Below the pieces are notes generated by a model, which worked only from the letters and a program-made list of their open reading frames with translations, made no database searches and was not told the DNA's origin. Made by a program: the position numbers and the translations under genes. From Bradymonadia bacterium (GTDB lineage Bacteria; Myxococcota_A; Bradymonadia; UBA7976; UBA1532): a DNA stretch of 64,000 nt. Location: positions 32,001-96,000 of the forward strand of contig JBKAGE010000076.1 of the NCBI GenBank assembly GCA_046290225.1, given 5' to 3'. Shown piece by piece: positions 18,739 through 28,810 of this stretch. Numbering within the stretch: the stretch's first letter is position 1; each line of letters opens with the position of its first letter.

Positions 18739-20841
18739 ATGAACATCTCGGTCAAGGCAGGCGACACCCCACTGCTCAGCGGCCTCGCCGCTGCGCTGTG
18801 CGAGGCTCTCGGCGCGCCAGCACCGGCAGAACTCGATCTGCTCATCGGAGGTCGGCTCATCGACGCCGATCTCGACCCCGAGCTGCGCCTCGAAGAAGCG
18901 CTTCAAGCCACGGGGCTTCGACCCAGTCAGATCCACGCCACCCTCACCGAAGCCCGCTGGTCCAGCGATCCTCTGGTGGCTCGAGCACCCGCATCGGACC
19001 ACTCGATCCGCTGGGTGGCCATCATCGGCGCCCGCCGGCGCAAGCTGAAGGTGGTCATCGCTGATCAGTCCGGCATCCGCCGCCGGCTGATGACCATGAA
19101 GGACACGGCCCAGCTGCTCGGCCTGACCGATCACCGCACCCCTGTGGCCTTCATGCAGGTCGAGGCGGCTCTGCCCCTCGAAGCTCTGCGACTCAGCGGC
19201 GCCCACCCCAACCCCTGGGAGCGGGTGAGGGCCCTGATGCGCCTCGAGCGTCAGGAGATCAGCACCCTCGTCGTCTACGCCGTGGTGGTGGGCTTCTTGA
19301 GCCTCGCCACGCCGGCGGCGGTGCAGACGCTGGTGAACACGGTGGCCTTCGGCACGCTGCTGCAACCCCTGGTGGTGCTCACAGCGGTGCTCTTCATCTG
19401 TCTGGCCTTCTCCGGCGTGCTCCGGGTGTTGCAGTACTATGCCGTGGAGATTTTGCAGCGGCGCCTGTTCGTACGGGTGGTGCTCGATCTCGCAGGGCGC
19501 CTGCCCCAAGTCGACGAGCGCATGCTGGGCAAATACAACATGCCCGAGCTGGTGAACCGCTTCTTCGATGTGGTCACGGTGCAGAAGTCGGCCTCGAAGC
19601 TGCTCCTCGACGGCCTCGAGCTGGGTCTGCAGACCCTCATCGGCATGATCTTGCTGGCTCTGTATCACCCCTTGCTGCTGGCCCTCGACGTGGTGCTCAT
19701 CGGCGCCATGCTCGTGGTGCTCTTCGTCATGGGGCGCGGATCGAGCCGCACCGCCCTCGCGGAGTCGGACGCCAAGTACGCCGTGGCGGCGTGGCTCGAA
19801 GACGTGGCGGCGCAGCCTCAGGTCTTCCGGTCAGGCAAGGGGGCCCAGGCGGCCCTGGAGCGGGCCAACGGCCTCGCCACCACCTACCTCGCCCGGCGCA
19901 ATGACCACTACCGCATCGTGTTGCGACAGTTCATGGGCGGCGTGGGCATTCAGGTGGTGGCCAACACCCTGGTGCTGGGCATCGGCGGCTGGCTGGTGCT
20001 CGACGGGCAGCTCACCCTGGGTCAGCTCGTGGCCTCCGAGCTCATCGTCGCCCTCGTGGTGGCCGGTATGGCCAAGATCGGCAAGCAGCTCGAGACCCTC
20101 TACGATCTCGTCGCCGGCCTCGCCAAGATCGGCAAGCTCGTCGACCTGCCCCTCGACCACAGGCGCGATCACGCCAGCTCGTCACCTTCGGGCACCGCCC
20201 TCACGCTGCAAGACGTGGCTCTGCCCTCTGGCGTGAAGATCCCCGACATGGAGATGCGCCCTGGTGATCGCCTGCGCGTGCTGGCCACCATGCCCGACTG
20301 TCGGCGGCAGTTCCTCGGCGCCCTCGAGGGCCAGGTGCCCCTGGCCAAGGGCAGGATCCAGCTCAACGGTGAAGACGTGCAGCGGCTGTCGCCCATGAAC
20401 CTCGGGGACCACGTGGCCCGCATCGAGGGCCCGGCGCCGGTGAACGGCACCATCCTCGAGTACCTTACCCTGGGCCTCGACGGGGTTCGGGGCACCGAGA
20501 TCGACGCCGCCCTCGAGGCTGTGGATCTGCTCGAGACGGTGGGCCGTCTACGGGGCGGCCGGGCCACGCGCCTGATCTCCAGTGGCGCCCCTTTGAGCCC
20601 GGAGCGCTGTGCCCTGCTCGCCGTGGCCCGGGCCCTGCTCGCAGGGCCCCAGGTGCTCATCATCGACGACTGGCTCGACCGCTTGCCCCCAGAGCAACGC
20701 CGCCGCGTGCTCGACAACCTGAGCGCGTGGCCTCAACCCATGGTGCTCATCATCGCCACCCACCTCCCCTCGGACGCGTGCCCGTGGGATCACAGCGTGT
20801 GCCTGCAGGTGGGCAGCGACATCAACGGCGAGGAGGCCTGA
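18739..20841 (+). CDS. Type I secretion-like ABC transporter (TMD plus degenerate NBD)
   Basis: LSLATPAAVQTLVNTVAFG, ELVNRFFDVVTVQK, GQLTLGQLVASELIV. NBD remnants ARALL, VLIIDDWLD, IIATH, but no Walker A. Confidence 0.88.
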   Translation: MNISVKAGDTPLLSGLAAALCEALGAPAPAELDLLIGGRLIDADLDPELRLEEALQATGLRPSQIHATLTEARWSSDPLVARAPASDHSIRWVAIIGARRRKLKVVIADQSGIRRRLMTMKDTAQLLGLTDHRTPVAFMQVEAALPLEALRLSGAHPNPWERVRALMRLERQEISTLVVYAVVVGFLSLATPAAVQTLVNTVAFGTLLQPLVVLTAVLFICLAFSGVLRVLQYYAVEILQRRLFVRVVLDLAGRLPQVDERMLGKYNMPELVNRFFDVVTVQKSASKLLLDGLELGLQTLIGMILLALYHPLLLALDVVLIGAMLVVLFVMGRGSSRTALAESDAKYAVAAWLEDVAAQPQVFRSGKGAQAALERANGLATTYLARRNDHYRIVLRQFMGGVGIQVVANTLVLGIGGWLVLDGQLTLGQLVASELIVALVVAGMAKIGKQLETLYDLVAGLAKIGKLVDLPLDHRRDHASSSPSGTALTLQDVALPSGVKIPDMEMRPGDRLRVLATMPDCRRQFLGALEGQVPLAKGRIQLNGEDVQRLSPMNLGDHVARIEGPAPVNGTILEYLTLGLDGVRGTEIDAALEAVDLLETVGRLRGGRATRLISSGAPLSPERCALLAVARALLAGPQVLIIDDWLDRLPPEQRRRVLDNLSAWPQPMVLIIATHLPSDACPWDHSVCLQVGSDINGEEA

Positions 20842-20842
20842 A

Positions 20843-22195
20843 ATGAACGGACACGCCCCCCGCATCCGCGGTGAATCAGCTCTGCGCCGGGTCAAATCGC
20901 CCCGCATGGTGGGCAAGATGGCCCGGGCCCTCGCCTGGATCATCCCCGGCGGCATCCTCACCATGGCCTTCGTGCCCTGGCAGCAGACCGCCAAGGGCTT
21001 CGGCCGCGTGATCGCCTACGCCCCCCTGGAGCGCACCCAGGCCATCACGGCTCCCCTCGACGGCCGCGTGACCGAATGGAAGGTCCAGGAAGGCGACCTC
21101 GTCAATGAGGGCGATCTCATGGCGGTGATCGCCGACAACGATCCTGATCTGCTCGATCGCTTGGGACAGGAGCTTACGGCAGTCAAGACGTCCATCCACG
21201 CCAACCAGGCCTCTGCCCATGCCCTCGAGAAGCAGATCGAAGCTCTGGAAGAGGCCCGTACGCTGGCGCTCTCCGCCGCAGAGGCCAACGTCAAGGTGGC
21301 TCAGCAGAAGGTCCGGGCCCAGAAGCGCGCCCTCGAGGCAGAGCAGGCGGTGTATCGCACGGCGAAGCTCAATCTGACCCGCCGGGAGAAACTGGGCAAA
21401 GAGGGGCTGGTCTCACAGCGTGATCTCGAGCTCGCCGAGCTGTCTGCGGCGAAGGCCCGGACCTCGGTGGCCAAAGCCAAGGCTGCCCTCGAAGCAGCAC
21501 GGGGCTCGGTGCTGAGCAAAGAGGCCGAGCGAGAGCAGAAAGCCGCTGACAACCTCGCCAAGATCGCCAAGGTTCGGTCTTCGCTGGAGAAAGCGCGCTC
21601 TGACCTGGCCAAAGCCAACGCCGATCGGATCAAGGTGGAGACGAAGCTTGCCCGTCAGGCCCGCATGGAGGTCCGGGCCCCGAGAGACGGCACGGTGCTG
21701 CGCCTCATCGTCCGGGCCAACACCGAGTTCGTGAGCCCTGGTGATCCCATCGCCACCCTGGTGCCCGAGAGCACCGATCGGGCGGTGGAGCTCTGGGTGT
21801 CGGGGAACGACGCGCCGCTGGCAGCGCCCGGGCGCAAGGTGCGCCTGCAGTTCGAAGGCTGGCCTGCGGTGCAGTTCTCTGGCTGGCCCTCGGTGGCCGT
21901 GGGCACCTTCGGCGGCGTCGTGGCCTTCGCCGACGCCACCGCCGACGCCTCCGGCCGGTTCCGGGTGGTGGTCCGCCCTGATCCGGACGACAACCCCTGG
22001 CCCGTGGACAACACCTTGCGTCAGGGGGTCCGGGCCAATGGCTGGGTGCTCCTCGATCAGGTCACCATCGGCTTCGAGCTGTGGCGTCAGCTCAACGGCT
22101 TCCCCGCCTCGGTCCCCGCAGATGATCCGCTGCTGCAGACCGGCGACAAAGACGGCAAGAAAAAGAAGAAGAAAAAGAAGAAGGACGACAAGTGA
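20843..22195 (+). CDS. HlyD-family membrane fusion protein
   Basis: N-terminal TM, VPWQQT..G.G.V, biotinyl-like APLDGRV..W.V.EG, long coiled coil, GRKVRLQFEGWPAVQFSGWP, ELWRQLNGFP. Confidence 0.92.
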   Translation: MNGHAPRIRGESALRRVKSPRMVGKMARALAWIIPGGILTMAFVPWQQTAKGFGRVIAYAPLERTQAITAPLDGRVTEWKVQEGDLVNEGDLMAVIADNDPDLLDRLGQELTAVKTSIHANQASAHALEKQIEALEEARTLALSAAEANVKVAQQKVRAQKRALEAEQAVYRTAKLNLTRREKLGKEGLVSQRDLELAELSAAKARTSVAKAKAALEAARGSVLSKEAEREQKAADNLAKIAKVRSSLEKARSDLAKANADRIKVETKLARQARMEVRAPRDGTVLRLIVRANTEFVSPGDPIATLVPESTDRAVELWVSGNDAPLAAPGRKVRLQFEGWPAVQFSGWPSVAVGTFGGVVAFADATADASGRFRVVVRPDPDDNPWPVDNTLRQGVRANGWVLLDQVTIGFELWRQLNGFPASVPADDPLLQTGDKDGKKKKKKKKKDDK

Positions 22196-23781
22196 TCACA
22201 TCGTGGTGTCTGGTGGCCTTGCTGGGCGCCCCCCCTGTGGGTGACGTGCCTGCAGCAGATGTGTCACCTGCGGATGCGCTCACAACCAGCAAACCTGCTG
22301 GCAAAGAATCTTCTGACAAGACCCCCTCTCGCGAGGTGCCCTCCAAGGACAACCTGCCTCGAGTCGACAAGTTGCCTCGACCGTCTTCGCTCGACGTCTT
22401 CGAAGAAGATCTGCTCGCTGTCGAGAGCGGCACCCTCACCTCGGGTGAAGCGCTGACGCTGAACCAGGTGATGGGCACGGTGGATGATCATCACCCGATG
22501 CTCCGGGCAGCACAGGGCAAGATCGACGAGGCCGAGGGCAAGCGCTTCTCTGCAGAGGGTGGCTTCGATCTCAAGCTGAAGGCTGGCCAGAAGCTGATCC
22601 CCTTCGGCAAGGACGAGTACGGCCACACCGAAGCCATGGTGGAGCAGCCCACCACCTTGTGGGGCACCACCTTCTTCGGCGGCTACCGTCGCAGCAGCGG
22701 CGAGGTGCCTGCCTACGCTGGCGATCTGGAAACAGTGGGGGCCGGTGAGGCCGTGGTGGGGGCGAAGATCCCCCTGTGGCAGGGTGGCGCCATCGATCGT
22801 CAGCGCGCCGACTTGCAGCAGACCGGTCTCGGTATCCGCATCGCCGAGCTGAGCCGACAGAAGATGCAGCTGAAGCTCTACGGCGGCGCCGCAGAGGCCT
22901 ACTGGAAGTGGGTGGCCGCCGGCCACGTGTTGCGCATCAGGCAGCATCTGCTCGAGGTGGCCCAGCTGCGCATGAAGCAAATCGAAGATCGCGTCGCCCG
23001 TGGTGATTTGCCGGAGATCGATCGCATCGACAACCAGCGCTCGATCTTGAAGCGCGAGTCGAGCCGGGTGAAGGCCACCCGAAAACTGCAGGAGGCGGCC
23101 CTCAAGCTCTCGCTGTACGTGAGAGATGGCGACGGTCGCCCACGGCAGCCGCTGCTCAAGAGCCTGCCCCCCAAGATCCCCATGGCGCCTGATCTGCCGG
23201 CCACCGAGGTGGGCGGCGACGTCGAGGCCGCTCAACGCCGCCGACCAGAGCCGGCGCAGATCGAGCTGGCCCGAGATCAGCTGCAAATCGAGGTGGATCT
23301 CGCCGACAACCAGACGGCCCCTCAGATCGACTTCACCGTGGCGGGCATCGAGCCCCTCGAGGAAGACAAGAAGTTCAAGACCGAGCTCGAAGCCGGGGTG
23401 AAGTTCACCATGCCCCTGCAGCGCCGCAAGGCCCGGGGTAAGCGCGCGGCCGCTCAGGCCGCCAAGACCCAGCTCGAGGCTGAATCCACCTTCCTCAACG
23501 AGCGTATCGCCGTCGAGGTGGCCGACGCCCGCTCGGCCCTCGAAGCCGCCGCCCAGCAGGTCGAGGTGGCCCGTCAGGAGCTGAAGGTGAGCCGCCTCGT
23601 GGAAGACGCAGAGCACACCCGCCTCGATCTGGGGGCGAGCACGCTTCTGGTGGTGAACTTGCGGGAGCAGGCCACCGCCGACGCCGCCGAGCGCTTCGTA
23701 CAGGCCCTCGCCGAGCAGCACATCGCCTACGCCCGCTGGCGGCTGGCTCAAGGTGTGTGGGTGCCCGAGCCCAGGCAGTGA
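22192..23781 (+). CDS. TolC-family outer membrane efflux protein
   Basis: Third gene of the ABC-HlyD operon (GTGA overlap); HHPML.AA, EGGFD, AYWKWVAAG, RRPE, E..R.DLG.S.L..VNLRE. Confidence 0.88.
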   Translation: MITSWCLVALLGAPPVGDVPAADVSPADALTTSKPAGKESSDKTPSREVPSKDNLPRVDKLPRPSSLDVFEEDLLAVESGTLTSGEALTLNQVMGTVDDHHPMLRAAQGKIDEAEGKRFSAEGGFDLKLKAGQKLIPFGKDEYGHTEAMVEQPTTLWGTTFFGGYRRSSGEVPAYAGDLETVGAGEAVVGAKIPLWQGGAIDRQRADLQQTGLGIRIAELSRQKMQLKLYGGAAEAYWKWVAAGHVLRIRQHLLEVAQLRMKQIEDRVARGDLPEIDRIDNQRSILKRESSRVKATRKLQEAALKLSLYVRDGDGRPRQPLLKSLPPKIPMAPDLPATEVGGDVEAAQRRRPEPAQIELARDQLQIEVDLADNQTAPQIDFTVAGIEPLEEDKKFKTELEAGVKFTMPLQRRKARGKRAAAQAAKTQLEAESTFLNERIAVEVADARSALEAAAQQVEVARQELKVSRLVEDAEHTRLDLGASTLLVVNLREQATADAAERFVQALAEQHIAYARWRLAQGVWVPEPRQ

Positions 23782-23788
23782 TCGCCCC

Positions 23789-24937
23789 TCAACGCTGAGC
23801 GAGCATCGCCTTGGCCCACGCCCGCACCACCGCCGCAGCCAGCTCACCCTGCTTCAGCCCCGCCGCATGGCGCTCCACACGACGAAATGCGGCCTCGAGA
23901 TCTGATTTCGATACTCCGAAGTACAACCGCTCGAAAGTATCCTGGGCCTGCCCCAGACGCACACGATATGCCGCCATCTCTGGTGCGTTGGCGCTGGCGA
24001 GCGCGATGAGGGAGACAGCATGGCCTACATGCACCTTGGCCTCGGGTACGCGCCCAGTTTGTGATCGCTGCACCGCGAGCATCAACAACGCCTCCCCCCA
24101 CTGCAGCTGCATGGCCGGATCTTCCGGGTGCTGCTCGTAGAGCCCACGGGCGAGCAGCTCTGCCTCTTCGAGAGTCTCCGCAGCCTGGGGGAACGCCTTC
24201 TCGGCCATGTACAAGCGCCCCACCTGAAGCAAGGTGTGGCACAGGCGCTCTCGGTGCACCGACTTGCCAGGCTCGGCTTCGAGGATGGCCCGGGAGATCT
24301 TTGAAGCCTCGACATAGGTCTGCTGCCCAGCGAGGTTGTCACCTCCCATCACCTGAGCGCCAGCGATGCCCCTCAGCGCGTTGGCCCGCATGACCATGGT
24401 CTCAGGAGATGATCCCTGCACGAGCATCAGCATCTGGGCCTGTTGGTCGAGGTTGCGATAGGCCGCCATGGCTTTGCCGGCCTGCTTCAAGGCGATGTGG
24501 ACGTCGCCGAGTCGACGAAAGGTGGCCCCCAACATGTGCCGCCACGCCAGGGCGGTGTTCGTGGGCAACGTCAGCAGCGACTGCATCTCGGTGATGGCCG
24601 CGGTGAAGTGATTCACCGCCTGCGCGTAGGCACCGTTGTTCTTCGCCATGATGCCCAGGCGGCCGTGGTAACGGAACACGAGCTCTCGGGCCACGAGATC
24701 GTCGGGCTTCACCTTCAAGTGACGGCGGGTGTCGGCGAGGCCCTGGCGATATCGCTTCTCAGCAGCAGCCTCGTCTCGATCGAAGAGCGCGTCGCCTTCA
24801 GCGATGCCCGCCTTTGCACGGGCCAGCAGCAGATCTGTCTCAGAGGTTGTGGGAGGCACTGCGGGGCCAGCCAGGGCAGGGCTCCGAGGTGGAGAGATCG
24901 CGCCCATCAGCGCTGCGAGACAGCAGACAACCCTCAT
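23789..24937 (-). CDS. Secreted TPR-like helical repeat protein
   Basis: Signal-like N-terminus; TPR-like helices (RLGIMAKNNGAYAQAVNHF, RLGDVHIALKQAGKAMAAY, QVGRLYMAEKAFPQAAETL). Confidence 0.7.
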   Translation of the reverse strand: MRVVCCLAALMGAISPPRSPALAGPAVPPTTSETDLLLARAKAGIAEGDALFDRDEAAAEKRYRQGLADTRRHLKVKPDDLVARELVFRYHGRLGIMAKNNGAYAQAVNHFTAAITEMQSLLTLPTNTALAWRHMLGATFRRLGDVHIALKQAGKAMAAYRNLDQQAQMLMLVQGSSPETMVMRANALRGIAGAQVMGGDNLAGQQTYVEASKISRAILEAEPGKSVHRERLCHTLLQVGRLYMAEKAFPQAAETLEEAELLARGLYEQHPEDPAMQLQWGEALLMLAVQRSQTGRVPEAKVHVGHAVSLIALASANAPEMAAYRVRLGQAQDTFERLYFGVSKSDLEAAFRRVERHAAGLKQGELAAAVVRAWAKAMLAQR

Positions 24938-24996
24938 CGATGCTCCTGGAAGGATCCGCGGAGCAAACGATCAACAGAGGCGGCCCATTCTGCCAA

Positions 24997-27900
24997 TCAT
25001 CGAGGCAACGCGATCAGGCGGAACCGTTCCCATGCATGATTGCTCGGGCGGTTGGCCACCAACGGCTCACCACCGCCATTCTCTGCGGTGACGAACTGCT
25101 GTGTCGTCGCCGTGCGGAGCGAGATCGTGCCATCGGCGTTGGGCACGAGGTCGAAGCGCTCATGGGACAGAATCCAGCTGCGATCAGCGAGGAGCTGCCC
25201 ACCACCACCGTTCACCGCCCTGACATACTCACCGTCGTGACGCAGCGCGATCTCGAGCCCACCGAGGTTGACGAAGTCGAAGGTGGTCGAGGCGTCGACC
25301 TGCGTCCCGGTGAGGGCGATGCCATTGGGCGTCACCTGCACATAGCGGCCGTCTACCCCCTGAATCGCCACTGGGGTGCCTGCCAGATCGACGAGGGTGA
25401 AGCGGGTGTCCTGGGCCCCTTGCGCCCCATCGGCGACGAGCAGGCCGTCCTCACCATCACGCAGGTGGTGCGCCCCGCCCGTGCTCAGCGCCACGAAGCC
25501 AAAGCCCAGCTCGATCAAGTCGAACTTCTCCCACGACCTGAGCCACCGCGCGTCGCTGTACACCTCACCGTCATCCCCACCTTCGACCCCGACGAAGCGG
25601 CCGTTGGGCAACCGCAAGCCCACCTGTTCTTCACCCACGGACACCATCTGTAGAGGCAACGGTGCGATGGCGTCGGAGATCATGCTGCCGTCGGGATCCT
25701 GCCCGACGAAGAAGCCCTCGGCGGTCTGCAGCGCCACAGGACCTGCGTCGAGGGCCTGCAGCTCGAACATCTCCCAGAAGCCCACATCTGCCTGATAGGC
25801 GAGGATCTCACCGTCCGGGCTGACACCCACGTATCGATCATGGACCGTGCGCAGCGCCACACGGCCGTTCCCCTGAGGCTCCAAGGTGAAGATCTCCCAG
25901 GGGCCGATCCACGGCGTGTGCACAGTGAGTGATCCCCACAGATCATCTTCGGCGGTGATGAAGTGGCCGTTGTCGCCCTTGAAAGCCACCTGATTGTTGC
26001 CGAGCTCGATCATCTCGAAGGTGCTGCTCTCGTCGAGGTAGGGCATATCGGCTTCGGGGTGGTCGCCCCACGAGAACACGGTGGTCTGCCCGATGCCCAT
26101 GTCGATGAGAAACTGCAGGTGCACGTATCGATGGTTTCGGGCCATGAGGGCCACCTTGCGCCCGGAGCGCGACACCGACGCATAGGCCTCGGGGTCGAAC
26201 ATGTTCAGCGCGCCCTGGCCGCCGATGGCCTCACTCACCGAGAGGGTGTGGCCCGCTTCCCCAAAGGGGGCGGCGGACCAGACATCCCGGTCGAAGAAAC
26301 AGAAGTCGTCGAGATCTTCCACAAAGCCTGCGCCAGGGCCCTCACCGACATTGTTGTGGCCCAACCCGCTGAGGGCTCTGCACACCTGCATGCCCGCCGG
26401 GGGCTGGGGCTGATCCGCCGAGCCATAGACCTCGATCTGACGAGAGAGACCACAGCCGTTCACGTGATCCATGAGCCCGCCAGGGACCAGCGCCGAAGGG
26501 GCCGGCAAATGATCGGCGGATCGGTCGAGATACAGCGTGTGGGTCCCCGCGGCGGGATACACCTGGATGTGGTGGCCACCCTGGAAGATCGGATCACTGA
26601 TCGCGAGGTGTGCACACGATGCGTGCGTGCACTCGGCGCCGGAGCCTGCCACCCACCGATGACGATCACCCACCTGAGCGCTCACGAGGGTGAACATCGA
26701 CTGACCCGCATGCTCGGTCCGCCGCACGTGCAGCTTCACAGTGGCCGTGTCGCGCCAGTGCGCAGCTGTGTCCAAGGGCAGGTAGCCACCGTCCTGTTCG
26801 AAGAGCATGAGGTAGCGCAGCTGCACGATCTCACCAGCCTCACCGAGATCTCGAATGGGGCTCACCCGGAGCAGGGTCGCGGGCTCGTGGGGTCGCCGAG
26901 CGTGCTCGTCGCTGTCGAAACGTACGTAGGGGGCGAAGTACTGCCCCAAGGCGTTCTCCACTGCATCGGCGAGGCCGTCGCCATCGGCATCGGCCTGATC
27001 GGCAAAGGCAGGGGGCGTGTACGTCAGGCCTGGGCGCTGCTCGGTCTGGATGACCCTGTACGCGTAGACGTCATCGGTGGCCACCATCGCGATCAGCTCG
27101 TCCTTGCCGTCTTCGTCGATGTCGTACGCCGTGAGCGCCGCCGCTGCGGTGTGCTCGAGGCTGGGGATGTGCCATGTGTCCTCAAAGGCCCCTGCCACAC
27201 CACTGCCGTGCAGCTGATGGCTGATCTTGAGCCTCAGCTCTTCCCGGCCACACGGCGCATCGTTGGCCAGCAACGCCAGCCCGGGCGCCCCGTCGCCGTC
27301 GAAGTCACCGATGGCGATGCCCGCACCGCGGGCTACATCACCGAGACCCGCGATTTCCACCTGATGACCCATCGACCCCGGGGCGCCGAGGGCGCCGAGA
27401 TCTCGAGCCACTCGATACCGGAAGCTGTTGGGCCCGTTGGGGTTGTCGTAGGCCATGACCAGCATCTCGGGACTGCCGTTGCCGTCGAGATCCGCGGTGC
27501 TGATGCCCGCCCCTTGAGCCTCGTTGCCCAGCCCGGGCAGCGTCAGCACGTCGCTCTGATCGAGTGTGTTGAAGAGGCCACCCCCGCTGGTGGCGTAGAC
27601 CTGGTAGCGGAAGCTGTTGGCGCCCTGGGGGTTGTCGTTGGCCATGAAGATCAGCTCGTCATAGCCATCCTGGTTCAGATCGATCAGCTCGACGCCGGCC
27701 CCTTGACCCTGATGCCCGAAGCCGTTCATGACCGTGTGCCAGTCCCAGTCATCCGTGTGCCCGGCATGATCGAGGTTCCACCCGATGCGCACATAGAACT
27801 GATTGGGGCCGCTGTGGGGATCCCCGTTCTCGTCGAGATAGACCACCGCCACGAGATCGGGCCGGGGATCGTCGTCGAGTTGCCCCACGGCCACCCCAGC

Positions 27901-28575
27901 CCCCTGTGGCGTGCCGGAAATCTGCTCGATGGTGTGCCACTGCGTGGTCGTGTAGCACTCGGTCCCGGAGCTGATGGCGCCCGACTGCACCGACCAGCAT
28001 CGCTGAGCGCTCGGGGTCAGGGTGACTTCGGGTGTATAGCTGCACACCTCATCCTCACCGGGGCACCCGGCTTCGGCCCGGGTGACGGTCTTCACGGCCT
28101 GCTCACCGAGATCGGTGGTGACGGTCAGCTGAAAGTCATCGTCACCGATCCCCGACGTCCAGGTATAGGTCGGGCGCGGGCTGGTGGACGCCACCAGGGG
28201 CGAGAGGAGGGTGGGCTCTGAGGCGCCCAGAGAGAACGACATCCACTCGGAGACAGGCCCGTCGCCCATGCCCCAGGGCTTCACCTGCCATTGCCCATCA
28301 CCGGGCACGTCGAAGTCGACGCCCGCCACGGCGCAGATCCTACGCGCCTCGGAGCAGTGGGCACTCGCGGAGAACCACGTGCCCTGGTTGCCATCAGGGT
28401 GCAGGATCGTGAGCCTGTACCAGAGCGCGTCTTCTACATGAGTCCAGACAAAGTTGAGGCGCTCTGGCGCCACCCCCTGATCCCCCATGGGTCCCAGAAG
28501 GGTGGGCGCCTCTTGAGGCTGCGCCATGGCCGCGGCCCCCCAGAGCGTCATCAACGCGAGTGTGGGTTTGAACAT
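24997..28575 (-). CDS. Large secreted multidomain protein: Ig/FN3-like x2, FG-GAP/VCBS repeats, central unknown domain, C-terminal fascin-like beta-trefoil repeats
   Basis: Signal MFKPTLALMTLWGAAAMA after GGAG; DLNQDGYDEL, DLDGNGSPEM, DFDGDGAP, DIDEDGKDEL; repeated ALR/K...G.YV.A..GG...L.A.R..I..WE.F.L. Confidence 0.82.
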   Translation of the reverse strand: MFKPTLALMTLWGAAAMAQPQEAPTLLGPMGDQGVAPERLNFVWTHVEDALWYRLTILHPDGNQGTWFSASAHCSEARRICAVAGVDFDVPGDGQWQVKPWGMGDGPVSEWMSFSLGASEPTLLSPLVASTSPRPTYTWTSGIGDDDFQLTVTTDLGEQAVKTVTRAEAGCPGEDEVCSYTPEVTLTPSAQRCWSVQSGAISSGTECYTTTQWHTIEQISGTPQGAGVAVGQLDDDPRPDLVAVVYLDENGDPHSGPNQFYVRIGWNLDHAGHTDDWDWHTVMNGFGHQGQGAGVELIDLNQDGYDELIFMANDNPQGANSFRYQVYATSGGGLFNTLDQSDVLTLPGLGNEAQGAGISTADLDGNGSPEMLVMAYDNPNGPNSFRYRVARDLGALGAPGSMGHQVEIAGLGDVARGAGIAIGDFDGDGAPGLALLANDAPCGREELRLKISHQLHGSGVAGAFEDTWHIPSLEHTAAAALTAYDIDEDGKDELIAMVATDDVYAYRVIQTEQRPGLTYTPPAFADQADADGDGLADAVENALGQYFAPYVRFDSDEHARRPHEPATLLRVSPIRDLGEAGEIVQLRYLMLFEQDGGYLPLDTAAHWRDTATVKLHVRRTEHAGQSMFTLVSAQVGDRHRWVAGSGAECTHASCAHLAISDPIFQGGHHIQVYPAAGTHTLYLDRSADHLPAPSALVPGGLMDHVNGCGLSRQIEVYGSADQPQPPAGMQVCRALSGLGHNNVGEGPGAGFVEDLDDFCFFDRDVWSAAPFGEAGHTLSVSEAIGGQGALNMFDPEAYASVSRSGRKVALMARNHRYVHLQFLIDMGIGQTTVFSWGDHPEADMPYLDESSTFEMIELGNNQVAFKGDNGHFITAEDDLWGSLTVHTPWIGPWEIFTLEPQGNGRVALRTVHDRYVGVSPDGEILAYQADVGFWEMFELQALDAGPVALQTAEGFFVGQDPDGSMISDAIAPLPLQMVSVGEEQVGLRLPNGRFVGVEGGDDGEVYSDARWLRSWEKFDLIELGFGFVALSTGGAHHLRDGEDGLLVADGAQGAQDTRFTLVDLAGTPVAIQGVDGRYVQVTPNGIALTGTQVDASTTFDFVNLGGLEIALRHDGEYVRAVNGGGGQLLADRSWILSHERFDLVPNADGTISLRTATTQQFVTAENGGGEPLVANRPSNHAWERFRLIALPR

Positions 28576-28810
28576 CTCGGCTTCTCCATCAACGTTGCGG
28601 CCCGAGGGGCCTGATCGCCGATTACAAAGCCGGTGGGGTTTTCTTTCGCCGAGGTGAAAAATCACGAGCGCTTTCATACGCCCAAGTGGGCAACCGCCTC
28701 ATCTACCGTCCTGGTGGCGACGGTCGCAGAGAGCACGAAGCATGGTGTAAGGTCCCGCGCCATCCAGGGTCTAAGTTGAGGACCCCTTGATCAATCGGAA
28801 AGCCACACCG

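Noticed and set aside
16249..23781. Classical lanthipeptide or thiopeptide cluster
   Set aside because: No elimination domain, LanC, YcaO or Ser/Thr/Cys-rich precursor ORF. I could not identify a C39 catalytic motif in the ABC N-terminus.
22264..28221. Long antisense ORFs (22264..23847, 25963..28221 and many similar ones in the track)
   Set aside because: These are typical stop-poor shadow frames of high-GC genes; the opposite strand carries the recognisable protein motifs.
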